A DNA stretch of 64,000 bases from Gemmatimonadota bacterium (GTDB taxonomy: Bacteria > Gemmatimonadota > Gemmatimonadetes > Longimicrobiales > Gaopeijiaceae), in assembly GCA_039589315.1 (NCBI GenBank), contig JBDHHQ010000012.1:1-64000 (forward strand). Reading direction: 5' to 3'. The notes under the pieces were generated by a model. The model worked only from the letters and a program-made list of their open reading frames with translations. It made no database searches and was not told the DNA's origin. How positions within the stretch are numbered: position 1 is the stretch's first letter; each line of letters opens with the position of its first letter. This document shows, piece after piece, positions 49,037-58,813 of the stretch. Both the position numbers and the translations under genes were made by a program.

Positions 49037-50434
49037 ATGTCCGACGAATACCGTACCGAGAAGGACTCCCTGGGTGAGGTGGAGGTCCCCGCCAAAGCGC
49101 TGTACGGGGCACAGACCCAGAGGGCATTCGAGAACTTCCCGATCAGCGGCCGCCGCTTCGGCCGTCGCTTTATTCAGGCCATGGGCTTGATCAAGAAGGC
49201 GGCGGCCCAGACCAACCAGGAGCTGGGACACCTCCCACCCGACATCGCCGGTGCCATCGTGGAGGCAGCCGGTGAGGTGGCGGACGGCCAATGGGACGAC
49301 GAGTTCGTGCTGGACATCTACCAGACGGGCTCCGGAACCTCCACCAACATGAACGCCAACGAGGTGGTCGCCACACGCGCCAGCCAGATCCTGGGCCGGG
49401 ACCACGGCGTGCACCCCAACGACCATGTGAACTTCGGGCAGTCGTCCAACGACACCATCCCCACCGCGATCCACGTTGCCGCCCGGGTGGCGATCGACGA
49501 GGAGCTGATTCCCGCCCTGATGCACCTGCGCGACGCCCTGGCGGAGAAGGCGCGAGCATTCGACTCCGTGGTGAAGTCGGGACGCACCCATCTGATGGAT
49601 GCCACGCCCGTCCGCCTGGGCCAGCAGTTCGGCGGATACGCCCACCACGTCAGCAAAGGCATCGAGCGGGCGCATGCGGCGTCTGCCGAGCTGGCCGAGC
49701 TGGCCCTTGGTGGGACAGCCACGGGTACAGGCATCAACACCCACGAGGAGTTCGCCGTCCGAACCATCGCTCGGATATCGGATGAGCTCGGCCTCCCGTT
49801 TCGGGAAGCCGAGAACCACTTCGAGGCTCAGGCCGGCAAGGACGCCGCCGTGAGCGCTTCGGGCGCACTCAACACCATCGCCACCTCGCTCATGAAGGTG
49901 GCGGACGACATCCGCTGGTTGGCCTCGGGGCCCACGTCGGGGATCTCCGAGATCCGGCTGCCGGCGATCCAGCCGGGCTCCTCCATCATGCCGGGCAAAG
50001 TCAACCCCGTCATGAGCGAAGCCACGATGATGGTGGCGGCCCGGGTGATGGGCAATCACACCGTGGTCACCGTGGCCGGAAGCCGGGGCAACTTCGAGCT
50101 CAACGTGATGATGCCGGTGCTGGCGGACGCCCTGCTCGAATCCATCACGTTGCTGGCCAACATGGCGCGCACCTTCACGGACCGCTGCGTGGTCGGGATC
50201 GAGGTCAACGAAGAGCGAGCCCGGGAGCTCCTGGAGAAGAACCCGTCCATCGCGACTGCGCTCAATCCGTACATCGGGTACGACCGGGCGGCAGAGGTGG
50301 CGAAGCAGGCCGCGAGGGAGGGCCGCTCGGTGCGCGAAGTGGTAGAGGAGCAAGGACTCCTCTCTCCGGATCAGCTGGACGAGGCCCTCAACGTCAGGGA
50401 CATGACGGAGCCCGGATTGCCGGACACGGACTGA
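49037..50434 (+). CDS. fumC: Class II fumarate hydratase
   Basis: QTGSGTSTNMN, HPNDHVN.GQSSND, GRTHLMDA, GSSIMPGKVNP. Confidence 0.95.
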   Translation: MSDEYRTEKDSLGEVEVPAKALYGAQTQRAFENFPISGRRFGRRFIQAMGLIKKAAAQTNQELGHLPPDIAGAIVEAAGEVADGQWDDEFVLDIYQTGSGTSTNMNANEVVATRASQILGRDHGVHPNDHVNFGQSSNDTIPTAIHVAARVAIDEELIPALMHLRDALAEKARAFDSVVKSGRTHLMDATPVRLGQQFGGYAHHVSKGIERAHAASAELAELALGGTATGTGINTHEEFAVRTIARISDELGLPFREAENHFEAQAGKDAAVSASGALNTIATSLMKVADDIRWLASGPTSGISEIRLPAIQPGSSIMPGKVNPVMSEATMMVAARVMGNHTVVTVAGSRGNFELNVMMPVLADALLESITLLANMARTFTDRCVVGIEVNEERARELLEKNPSIATALNPYIGYDRAAEVAKQAAREGRSVREVVEEQGLLSPDQLDEALNVRDMTEPGLPDTD

Positions 50435-50509
50435 GGCGTAGCCTCACGGCGCGGCCCGGACCCACGGTGCGGGCGTCGCCGGCAGGGACAGGAACGAGAG
50501 GAGCCGACG

Positions 50510-51262
50510 ATGGGATCGAGATCAGGCCCAGCGATGCTCGCGCTTCTGGGAGTGATCGCCCTCCCGTTGGGTGCACAGGAGACCTCCTACCTGTTGGGCC
50601 GCGTTATCGATGCCGGTACGAAGGCGCCGCTGAACGGCGCCTTCGTGTCCTTTCCCGACACCCGCCGCGGCGTCTTCACCGACCCCGACGGGGTTTTCCG
50701 TCTACCTGGGGCCGTGCCCAACGACGCCCGGAAGGTCCAGATCGAGCTCATCGGATACGGAATCGCCGAGTTGCCGGCACGCCTGTTGTCCGATTCGGTG
50801 CCTCTCAACATCCCGTTGGCGTCGGACCCGATCCTCGTGGAGGGCTTCCAGGTGGTGAGCGACCGGTTCCGCCGCCGTCGCAACGCTTCCACCATGGCCG
50901 TGCGGACCTTCGACGTTCGCTGGTTGCGTACGTCGCCGGCCACGAACGTCCTGGAGTTTCTCGAGCGCCAGACCTTCATCCGCGAGGTGCCCTGCTCGGT
51001 CGGCCTGGGTGCGTCCGCATCGCTCCTGAGCGGTCCGGGAAACTGCGCACGGGTGCGGGGGAGAGTTCAGCCTGTGACGCTGTGCATCGACGAGGTGCCA
51101 TCGTTGGGTGGGCTCTTCCAGCTCGCCTCGATCCCGCCCCAGGAGCTCAACATGGTCGAGGTGTACGGTGGGGGACGCATGGTCCGCGTCTACACCCAGG
51201 CGTTCATGGAGCAGGTGTCCCGGAGGCGCTTCAGGCCCCACCCCATCGAGTACGGTTGCTGA
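50510..51262 (+). CDS. Exported protein with carboxypeptidase-regulatory-like domain and plug-like C-terminus
   Basis: GRVIDAGT..PL.GA.V, TDPDGVF, IGY; IDE...IPPQEL..VEVY. Confidence 0.65.
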   Translation: MGSRSGPAMLALLGVIALPLGAQETSYLLGRVIDAGTKAPLNGAFVSFPDTRRGVFTDPDGVFRLPGAVPNDARKVQIELIGYGIAELPARLLSDSVPLNIPLASDPILVEGFQVVSDRFRRRRNASTMAVRTFDVRWLRTSPATNVLEFLERQTFIREVPCSVGLGASASLLSGPGNCARVRGRVQPVTLCIDEVPSLGGLFQLASIPPQELNMVEVYGGGRMVRVYTQAFMEQVSRRRFRPHPIEYGC

Positions 51263-51272
51263 CCGGGCGGTT

Positions 51273-52160
51273 GTGACCGGGGAGCGGCTGCCCCCGCCTC
51301 CGGTGCTCGACGAGCTCGGCGCCCACGTGTCCGCGGCTGGGGGAGTGGCCAAGGCGCCGGGGCGTGCGCGCGACCGTGACTCGGTGTGTCTACAGCTCTT
51401 TACCAAGCAACCCAGCCGCTGGGCGGAACCGCACCTGGATGACGAGCAGGTTCGTGCCTTCCGGGACGAGCGGACTGGCCGGGGAATCCTCGTGGCCGGC
51501 GCCCACGACTCCTATCTGATCAACCTGTCGTCACCCGACCCGGCGCTCCGTGCGCGCTCGTACGCCTCTTTCCGCGAGGAGCTGGTCCGTTGCCAGGCCC
51601 TGGAGCTGGACTTTCTGGTCACCCACCCGGGCAACGCCACGGACGGAGACATCCGCAGCGGCCTGGACCGTAACGCCGAGGCGTTGGGGCGTGCTCTGGA
51701 AGAAGTCCCCGGCTCCACGCGCGTGCTCCTGGAGCTCACGGCCGGGGCTGGCTCGTCGGTGGGAGGCACCTTCGAGAACCTGGCCCGAATCGTGGCTGCC
51801 GTGCCACTGCGTCTGCAGGGTCGGACCGGGATCTGCTTCGATACCTGCCACGCCTACGCCGCGGGGTACGATTTGGTCCGAGATTACGAGGGAGTCTGGC
51901 GGGAGTTCGACGCCGTGATCGGGTTGGATCGCCTGGAGCTCTTCCATCTCAACGACGGCAAGGGGGGGCTCGGCTCTCGCCTGGACCGCCACGAGCACAT
52001 CGGCCGCGGATCGCTGGGCGAGGAACCCTTCCGCCGGCTCATGAACGACGATCGGATGGCCCGGATCCCGAAGCTCCTGGAGACGCCCAAGGAAGACGAC
52101 CCGGTGGCCCTCGATCGGGAGAACCTCCGCGTGCTGCGGTCCTTCCGCGGCCGAGCTTAG
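51273..52160 (+). CDS. nfo: Endonuclease IV
   Basis: GAHVS, HDSYLINL, HPG, CFDTCH, HLND, DRHEHIG, LETPK. Confidence 0.93.
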   Translation: MTGERLPPPPVLDELGAHVSAAGGVAKAPGRARDRDSVCLQLFTKQPSRWAEPHLDDEQVRAFRDERTGRGILVAGAHDSYLINLSSPDPALRARSYASFREELVRCQALELDFLVTHPGNATDGDIRSGLDRNAEALGRALEEVPGSTRVLLELTAGAGSSVGGTFENLARIVAAVPLRLQGRTGICFDTCHAYAAGYDLVRDYEGVWREFDAVIGLDRLELFHLNDGKGGLGSRLDRHEHIGRGSLGEEPFRRLMNDDRMARIPKLLETPKEDDPVALDRENLRVLRSFRGRA

Positions 52161-52196
52161 GCCGAGCCGCCACCGTTCGGGCGGCCGCGTCGGGGA

Positions 52197-53084
52197 TCAC
52201 TCGGCCAGCGCACCCGCGCGGCGATCCTGGTCCGCACTCCTGGTGAAGGCCGGGACCCTCAGGCCCCGGTGCTCCTCGGCCATGACCCGTACGCCATACC
52301 GGGGCCACAATGCCAGGGCCGCCAGCAGCACCGCTCCGAACATCAGTACGAGCACCGGGCCGGTAGGAATGTCCAGACTGAAGGATACGCCCAACCCGAC
52401 CACGATGGCCGCGGTGCCGCAAGCCCAGGCGATCAGCAGCGCTTTCCGGAAGCTCGTCGTGAAGAGGAAGGCGACCACGGCCGGCATCACCAGGACGCTG
52501 AAGACCATGAGCACGCCGGCGATGTTGACCGAAGCCGTGATGATGAAGCCGAACGTGGCGTAGAACACGAAGTCCCAGAACCGGACGCTTCGCACCTGCT
52601 CGGGGGCGAAGGTAATCGACAGGAGTGGTCGTCTGAGGACGTAGTGGAGCAACCCGATCACCGCCGACGATACGGCGACGTAGGCGATCGTGCTCCACCT
52701 CACCCAGATCAGCGTGCCCGTCATCGTTTCCCGCAGGTGCTCGGCCCCCTCGGCGCTCAGCCCCGCCAGGAGGATAACCGCAGCGGACGCCAGGACGTAC
52801 GTGATGCCGATGAGCGCCTCCTGTGGCACCGGGGATTCTTCGAGGCGCGAGAAGCTGAAGATGAGTGCCCCGATCAGGGTGAAGCCGAATGACGCGACGT
52901 AGTGCATCGCGGATCCGTGCGGGACGCCCACGGCCAGGGCTGCCGTTCCTCCCAGGGCGGCGATCTGAGCCAGCGCCAGGTCCACGAAGATGACGCCCCG
53001 CTGAATGATGTGCAGCCCGAAGTACGCATGGGTGAGCAGGATCACCATCGCCACCACGAAGGGTGCGAGAAGAAGATCGATCAT
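52197..53084 (-). CDS. Metal (Zn/Mn) ABC transporter permease, ABC-3 family
   Basis: GLHIIQRGVIFVDLALAQ, QEALIG, GVLMVFSVLVMPA, DIPTGP. Confidence 0.88.
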   Translation of the reverse strand: MIDLLLAPFVVAMVILLTHAYFGLHIIQRGVIFVDLALAQIAALGGTAALAVGVPHGSAMHYVASFGFTLIGALIFSFSRLEESPVPQEALIGITYVLASAAVILLAGLSAEGAEHLRETMTGTLIWVRWSTIAYVAVSSAVIGLLHYVLRRPLLSITFAPEQVRSVRFWDFVFYATFGFIITASVNIAGVLMVFSVLVMPAVVAFLFTTSFRKALLIAWACGTAAIVVGLGVSFSLDIPTGPVLVLMFGAVLLAALALWPRYGVRVMAEEHRGLRVPAFTRSADQDRRAGALAE

Positions 53085-53129
53085 GGCCCGCGTCTCCGGC
53101 TTCGGTTTACGTGGCTCCGCCCCTGTACG

Positions 53130-54368
53130 TCACCCTCCGGCTTCGAAAGCCTCTGCAAGCCGACTCACCCACAGGTCCATCAGCTCGAAGTAGTCGGCCG
53201 GCTCGCCGTCCTCGACGGGGTAGAGCGGAAGGATCACGGCCGCCGCGCCCCCGCGATCGGCGACCGTCCGCACCTTGCTCCGGTCGAAATAGTTCGCGGC
53301 CAGTATCACGTCGTAGCCACGCTGCTGCATCAGCTCGATCAGCTCGGCCACGTGACGCGGCGTGGGCGGAATGCCCGGCTTGGCCTCGACGTAGTCGACG
53401 CAGCTGACCTGGAAGCGGTCTTCGAAATAGGCCCAGTTCTTGTGATAGCAGATCAGGCTCTGGCCCCGGAAGGGTGCCGCGCGGCCGAGCCAGCCCCCGA
53501 GACGGTCGATGAGAGGCGCGCCCTCGTGCACGTTGTCCTCGAGAAACGAGAACAGGTTCCCGGACCGGGCCAGGCGATCCAGAGTCTCGCCACCGAACAG
53601 GTCCATGAGCGCGTCGCCGAAGAGGGCACTGCGCACGCGCTCGATGAAGTCGGCCAGTCCCTCGTCCCAGAGATCCGCCCGCTCGGGCGCCACCCTCTTG
53701 AGTCCCACCGTCACGTTCCGGGCGATCTGCACGACGCGGAGCGGATCGGTATGGAGGTGGGGGTTCCCGTACAGGTGGACGTCACCGGCGCTCCGGTCGG
53801 CGCCCGGCGGAATGTCGAGAAGCGCGACGCCGGTGTAGGCCGTCACGTATCCTGCGCCGCCCTCGGTGACTCTGCCGTTGCCCGCCTTGTCCAGCAGAGT
53901 CGGGACCCAGAGCTCCAGGTCCAGCCCCGTCGTGATGAACAGATCGGCGTCCCGGAGGTCCCTGGCGAAGCTGGGCTTGGGACGCACGAAATGGGCATCC
54001 TCGCTGGGGTGGGCGATGGAGGTCACGTGGACCTCGGCGCCACCGATCTGGCGCACGATGTCCGCGTACACGGGGAGGGACGCCACCACCCGAACGGGGG
54101 CCTGCTGCGGGGAGCCGCCGGCCGGGGTCGTGATGCCACCCGGCTCCTCGGCCTCCGGCTGGGCGCCCGCGACGCTGGCCGAGGGCACGGCGTGGCGTGC
54201 CTGCTCGACCCCCCGCTCGGCGTCGTCGACGCCGGCGGCTCCCTCGTCACCCGCCAGGGGCGTGGCGGCCATCGCCCAGAGGGCCGCGACCATGACCAGA
54301 CCGGCGGGTCGGGCCAGAGGGGTCATGCCCCCATCTCTCCGCATGCGTCGTTCGTCTTCGGCTTTCAT
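53130..54368 (-). CDS. Metal ABC transporter substrate-binding protein (cluster A-I)
   Basis: EDAHFV, GLDLE, GNPHLHTDP, YHKNW, KPGIPPTPRH; ATG overlaps the upstream TGA. Confidence 0.9.
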   Translation of the reverse strand: MKAEDERRMRRDGGMTPLARPAGLVMVAALWAMAATPLAGDEGAAGVDDAERGVEQARHAVPSASVAGAQPEAEEPGGITTPAGGSPQQAPVRVVASLPVYADIVRQIGGAEVHVTSIAHPSEDAHFVRPKPSFARDLRDADLFITTGLDLELWVPTLLDKAGNGRVTEGGAGYVTAYTGVALLDIPPGADRSAGDVHLYGNPHLHTDPLRVVQIARNVTVGLKRVAPERADLWDEGLADFIERVRSALFGDALMDLFGGETLDRLARSGNLFSFLEDNVHEGAPLIDRLGGWLGRAAPFRGQSLICYHKNWAYFEDRFQVSCVDYVEAKPGIPPTPRHVAELIELMQQRGYDVILAANYFDRSKVRTVADRGGAAAVILPLYPVEDGEPADYFELMDLWVSRLAEAFEAGG

Positions 54369-55753
54369 CAGTAGGTCTCGTGCTTGTGGGGACCCATGGC
54401 GAACGTGAACTGGATCAGCAACAAGTTGCGCACCCCCGCCGGGTCCTCCAGATGGTCGAACTCGGCCCTCAGTCGAACCCATTCGCTCTGCCACCACGTC
54501 AGGGTCGGCGCCACCAGCCAGGCGCTCTCGTCGGGGTCGTCGGGCTCCTGGACCCACTCGTATCTGCCCCCTACGAGCCACTGCCTGCCCAGTCGGTACT
54601 CACCCCATACCCAGGTGCCCCACGCGGTCTCCAGCCCCTCGAGCCCTGATGGGTCTCGCACCATCGCGCCACCGCGAAGGTTGAACCCCCGGTAGAGCGA
54701 CCGCCCCGGCGGGGTCCAGGTAAGGGAACCCTCCAGGGTGTAGAGTCTCTGGTCGAAGGCGATGGGATCGAGCGGCTCCGTCGGTGGCTCCTCTCCCTCC
54801 TCCTCGGGGTCCAGGCGAAACGGCCCGCCGGTGGCGCTCACACCCATGTCGAGATCCCATGCCTGGCCGAGCTGCCAGAAGGCGTTGAGGTGGCCCAGGA
54901 AGGAGGGCTTGTTCGACTCGCCGTAGAGGAGCGCGTTGCTGCTTCGGGTCACCTCGAAGGCCGCTTCATACGTGCCCGCGCCCCGGATCGGGAGCAGCAC
55001 CCGGGCACTGGCTCCGGCCTGGCTGAGGTTTTCCTCTCCGATGAACGCCAGATGGGGAAGAGAGCGGCTCTGGAAGGGCAGCGCGTGGGAGTGCCAGCGG
55101 TTCATGGTCCCGAGCTGCTGGAAGAACTGTCCCAGCTTGAGGGAGAAGCCGCCCGGGAGCGCCACCCACTCCAGATAGGCCTCCTCGAGCTCGAAGCCCG
55201 CTTCCTCGCCCCCCTCGCCGTGTCCGTGTCCCTCCTCTCCCTCGAACGGGATCAGCTCACCGCCCGGCGTGTGATACGCGAGGAAGATCTTGGCGCGGGA
55301 GTAGGGGTCCAGTGACGATTGGAAGGAGAACTCGAATTCTCTCGGGACGAAGTTGTTCTCGTCGGGGTCGTCCGGGTTGCTGAATGCGAAGAAGTCGGCG
55401 TTGACGCTGATCTCCGGGTTGAGCGCCTGCAGCGACCGCTGTCGGCCCACGAACTGCCCCTCCTGAGCCTGCGGGTCTTCGGGAGGGGCGTCCGCCGCGG
55501 CCTCCTCGGCGGCCTCGAGGAGCGCTTCCAGCTCGTCACGCTGCTCTTCCTCGGCTCGCGCATCCTCCAGCCTACGCAGGGCGGCGCGGAGACTGTCGAT
55601 CTCCGCCCGCAGAGAGTCGACCTCTTCACGGATCGAATCTCCTACCTCCTGAGCCCCCACGGCAGACGCCGCTCCCGCCATCGTGGTGGCGATGGCGAGC
55701 GCGGTGATCGGCAGCGAAAGCCGCCTCAGAAGTCGGGATGTCGTATACATCAT
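54368..55753 (-). CDS. His-rich outer-membrane beta-barrel (zinc-regulated receptor/porin type)
   Basis: Signal peptide, coiled coil, NPEISV, EGHGHG, RWHSH, SEWVRLR, C-terminal GPHKHETY. Confidence 0.75.
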   Translation of the reverse strand: MMYTTSRLLRRLSLPITALAIATTMAGAASAVGAQEVGDSIREEVDSLRAEIDSLRAALRRLEDARAEEEQRDELEALLEAAEEAAADAPPEDPQAQEGQFVGRQRSLQALNPEISVNADFFAFSNPDDPDENNFVPREFEFSFQSSLDPYSRAKIFLAYHTPGGELIPFEGEEGHGHGEGGEEAGFELEEAYLEWVALPGGFSLKLGQFFQQLGTMNRWHSHALPFQSRSLPHLAFIGEENLSQAGASARVLLPIRGAGTYEAAFEVTRSSNALLYGESNKPSFLGHLNAFWQLGQAWDLDMGVSATGGPFRLDPEEEGEEPPTEPLDPIAFDQRLYTLEGSLTWTPPGRSLYRGFNLRGGAMVRDPSGLEGLETAWGTWVWGEYRLGRQWLVGGRYEWVQEPDDPDESAWLVAPTLTWWQSEWVRLRAEFDHLEDPAGVRNLLLIQFTFAMGPHKHETY

Positions 55754-55831
55754 GAGCCTGATTGCCTGAAACTGACACGCGAGGTGGCTAGCGGCCACAC
55801 GGCGACTCGCCCCGGAGCGAGGGGCACCGAT

Positions 55832-56161
55832 TCAGGCGGCGGGGGGCGCTCTGGGCGGAGGGCGGATGTGCTCGATCTTCGAAAGTGGGACACCGGTGCG
55901 GAAGCCATCACGGTCGTCGCGTACTTCGAGAGATGCCGACTGCGGGCTCTCGGCCCCCAGCACCGCCGTAATGGACTGGATCTGGGAGCAGACGCGGTGG
56001 TCGTGGGCGCCCGGGCAGTCGGCAGGGTCGTGCTGGGGCTCCAGCGTCGTCCGCGCCTGCGCGTCCTGGTCGAGGAGCGTGGGCGCGACCCCCCCGCCCA
56101 TCGCGAGCAGCAAGGCCAGCGACGTCAGCATCGTCCTGGACGGGCGGGTTGACGTGTCCAT
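55832..56161 (-). CDS. His/Cys-rich leader protein with C-terminal RAPP motif (DUF2946/CruR-like)
   Basis: Hydrophobic N-terminal segment, HDPADCPGAHDHRVC, ends PPPRAPPAA*, 78 nt upstream of the metal operon. Confidence 0.7.
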   Translation of the reverse strand: MDTSTRPSRTMLTSLALLLAMGGGVAPTLLDQDAQARTTLEPQHDPADCPGAHDHRVCSQIQSITAVLGAESPQSASLEVRDDRDGFRTGVPLSKIEHIRPPPRAPPAA

Positions 56162-56396
56162 GGTGTCTCAAAACCGTACGCTGGCGTCCGGCCCGAGTCA
56201 ACGACCGCCCTCGGACAAGGACGCTCGCCAGCCAGCACGGGGAACGCTAGCTTGCCGGCCTTCTTGTACAAGCGCGACCCGCTCAGTGGTCCCGATGCGC
56301 GAAACAACATGCATGGAAAGGGTGGCTTTGGGCGCGACTTTCGGCGTCCGCGGACCACGACTCCCCTCGAGGCGCGGGCCCGCTCGCTCGGCCCTC

Positions 56397-57032
56397 GTGT
56401 ACCGGGTCGTCCAGCCTCTGCTGATCATCATGCTGGGCTGGTCGGCACAGCCCGCCACGGCCCAGGAGGCGCCTATCCTGTTCGACGTTCGCCTGGGTGC
56501 CCTCTATGCGAGTCCATTCGCTGAGGGGCAGACCCTTCATCCGGACGACGTGGGCACGGACGGCCGTGAGTCCGTCGACATCCAACCCGGAATCGGTCCC
56601 GCTGCGGATGCCGCGATCCTCCTGGGCTTCTCGCCCCGGGTGGACGGCGAGCTCCGTCTGGGTCTGTCCTGGAACGGCCTGACGGGGTCCGGAACCTCCG
56701 GCACCTGGGACGGGGGTGGCATCACGACGGTGTCAGTGTTGGCCGGGCTGGGAGCCAAGCTCTGGCCAGGCGTGGTGCTGAGAGGCGCACTGGGCAAGCT
56801 CTTCCACTCGTCGGGTGCCGCCGTCCTGGACGGCGGCAGCAACACGGGTCTGCTCTTCAGCGGCGGCGTCGGGTACCGACCGGCATTGGATCTGTCCTTC
56901 GGCTTGCGGCTGGACGCCGATGTCCAGTACTACGAGTTCGGATCGTCAGCGCTGCGCGAATCCGGCGCGGCCGACGCCTCGGTGTACCGGGTCTCGCTGA
57001 TGCTGGCAGCCATCTTCGGAGGAGACTCGTGA
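56397..57032 (+). CDS. Putative outer-membrane beta-barrel protein
   Basis: Signal peptide ending ATA-Q, alternating beta-strand pattern; start uncertain (56313 or 56397). Confidence 0.55.
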   Translation: MYRVVQPLLIIMLGWSAQPATAQEAPILFDVRLGALYASPFAEGQTLHPDDVGTDGRESVDIQPGIGPAADAAILLGFSPRVDGELRLGLSWNGLTGSGTSGTWDGGGITTVSVLAGLGAKLWPGVVLRGALGKLFHSSGAAVLDGGSNTGLLFSGGVGYRPALDLSFGLRLDADVQYYEFGSSALRESGAADASVYRVSLMLAAIFGGDS

Positions 57033-57763
57033 GCGGGGATGCACGAGGTCGCGGCGTGCGGCGGCCCGGACGGGGAACGGTGGCCCCTATCCTGTCTGCT
57101 CTGGTCCTCTTGTCGCTGGGGTTGTCGGCCGGGTGCGAGACCCCCTCGGTGCCCTTTGACGAGGGTCAGTACGACTTCCGCCTCAACGTGACCACGTCGG
57201 CAGGGAGCTTCGTCCGCACGTTCCACTGGGGGCCCGGCGCCGAAGTGCCCGTCTTCGTGAACCTGTCATCGACGGAGGGTCGGCCGTCTCTGGCGACCGC
57301 GCTGGACCGCGCCAGCGACACGTGGACCCGGTCCGCCGTGTTCAGCGAGGTGCGTGTCAGGCGGACCACGGACCTCGGCGAAGCGGTAGCGGTCCTGCAG
57401 TGGGCGGATGCGGAGCCCGTGCTCTCCACCCCGCCGGGCTGTACGGGACCGGTGACCGGGGCCGCCTCCACGGTGGGCTGCTTGAACGAGACGGCCGACT
57501 CGCTTCGCACCTGGCGGCGTCGCGACGGAGGGTCCTCCAAGGTGCTGTTCAGCGTGTTCGTCAAGGTACGGCCCGATTTCGACGACGAGCTGCTCGACCG
57601 CGTCGTCGCGCACGAGGCGGGTCACGTGCTCGGGATCCTGGCCCACTCCCTGAACGGCGAGGATCTCATGTGGGCCGGTGACCTCGCTTCCGCCAGCCCT
57701 TCCGGGGCCGACCGCCAAGCGTTGCGGAGCCTGTACCAGAGCCCCGTCGACCTCCTCTACTAG
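57029..57763 (+). CDS. Matrixin-like zinc metalloprotease lipoprotein
   Basis: SAGC lipobox, HEAGHVLGILAHS, DLM Met-turn, ADRQALRSLY. Confidence 0.85.
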   Translation: MSGDARGRGVRRPGRGTVAPILSALVLLSLGLSAGCETPSVPFDEGQYDFRLNVTTSAGSFVRTFHWGPGAEVPVFVNLSSTEGRPSLATALDRASDTWTRSAVFSEVRVRRTTDLGEAVAVLQWADAEPVLSTPPGCTGPVTGAASTVGCLNETADSLRTWRRRDGGSSKVLFSVFVKVRPDFDDELLDRVVAHEAGHVLGILAHSLNGEDLMWAGDLASASPSGADRQALRSLYQSPVDLLY

Positions 57764-57890
57764 GGGTTGGACGCGGACTCGGTACGCCTCGGTTTCGGTG
57801 CTCGCGCGCCCACTCCTGCATCCAGGCTGCACGTCGTCTGGACGGTGTGGGTGGCGCGCCAGGACGGTGGCGCCCGCCGGCGGGCCCGAC

Positions 57891-57896
57891 TATATT
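57891..57896 (+). promoter_or_regulatory. -10 box for the ncRNA
   Basis: TATATT 5-6 nt upstream of the 5' arm of the hairpin RNA; -35 weak. Confidence 0.55.
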
Positions 57897-57901
57897 GGGT
57901 C

Positions 57902-58051
57902 CGCGTGCTGGAGGACTCATTATTGAGCCAACACGCGCGAAGCCGGGACTGACTCCCGAGGTGGACGTCCTGCCCCCGAGGGGGACTTCGAAAACCGTGG
58001 GGAAGTCACCAGAAGTTTAACCCGGGCTTCAATAAACACCCCTCCAGCGCG
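57902..58051 (+). ncRNA. ssrS: Probable 6S RNA
   Basis: Rod-like pairing GCTGGAGG/CCTCCAGC and TTATTGAGCC/GGCTTCAATAA, central unpaired bubble, then TGACT/AGTCA; upstream -10 and downstream terminator. Confidence 0.7.
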
Positions 58052-58055
58052 TGTA

Positions 58056-58092
58056 GAGGCCGGCGTCTCGGGGGCGTCGGCCTCCTTTGTTT
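58056..58092 (+). terminator. Intrinsic terminator
   Basis: GAGGCCGGCGTC / GGCGTCGGCCTC stem followed by CTTTGTTT. Confidence 0.7.
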
Positions 58093-58146
58093 GTCCGCGA
58101 TCCGGGACCGAAACGCCCGAAACCGGGTAGCCGTTGGCTCCGACTC

Positions 58147-58800
58147 ATGACTGGACGCGGAGCACTGGCGTTGACCGACCTCGAGACCTCCACCCCACCT
58201 GCGGACACCCCTTCCCTGGGCGCCGACCTGACGCACGCCAGCTTCGAGGAGCTGGTGGCCGAGATGATCCGACGCATCGGCGACGACCCGGATCGGGAGG
58301 GACTCCAGAAGACGCCCGAGCGGGTGGCCAAGGCGTGGGAGCACATGGCTCGCGGATACACGAGCAGCGCCGAGCAAGTGATCGGAGACGCTCTCTTCGA
58401 GGAACACCATCACAATATGGTCCTCGTGAAGGACATCGAGCTGTACTCGATGTGTGAGCATCACCTGCTTCCCTTCTTCGGGAAGGCGCATGTGGCGTAT
58501 ATCCCCAACGGTCAGATCATGGGCCTGAGCAAGACGGCCCGTCTTGTCGAGGTCTACGCACGGCGCCTGCAAGTCCAGGAGCGGCTCACGGAGCAGATCG
58601 CTCAGGCTCTTTGGGAGATCGTCCAGCCCCAGGGCGTGGGTGTCGTGATCGAAGCGGCGCATCTGTGCATGATGATGCGCGGCGTGGAAAAGCAGAGCTC
58701 GAAAACGATCACTTCGGCGATGCGCGGTCTGTTCCTCAAGGACCACCGGACGAGGGGGGAGTTCCTCCGCCTGGCCACCAGCACGCAGCAGCCCCTCTGA
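58147..58800 (+). CDS. folE: GTP cyclohydrolase I
   Basis: [41 protein letters not shown]; start 58147 or 58171. Confidence 0.95.
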   Translation: MTGRGALALTDLETSTPPADTPSLGADLTHASFEELVAEMIRRIGDDPDREGLQKTPERVAKAWEHMARGYTSSAEQVIGDALFEEHHHNMVLVKDIELYSMCEHHLLPFFGKAHVAYIPNGQIMGLSKTARLVEVYARRLQVQERLTEQIAQALWEIVQPQGVGVVIEAAHLCMMMRGVEKQSSKTITSAMRGLFLKDHRTRGEFLRLATSTQQPL

Positions 58801-58813
58801 GTCTTCCGACGCG

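Noticed and set aside
58060..58146. preQ1 or THF riboswitch before folE-queD
   Set aside because: No recognisable consensus; the structure is better explained as the 6S-like RNA's terminator
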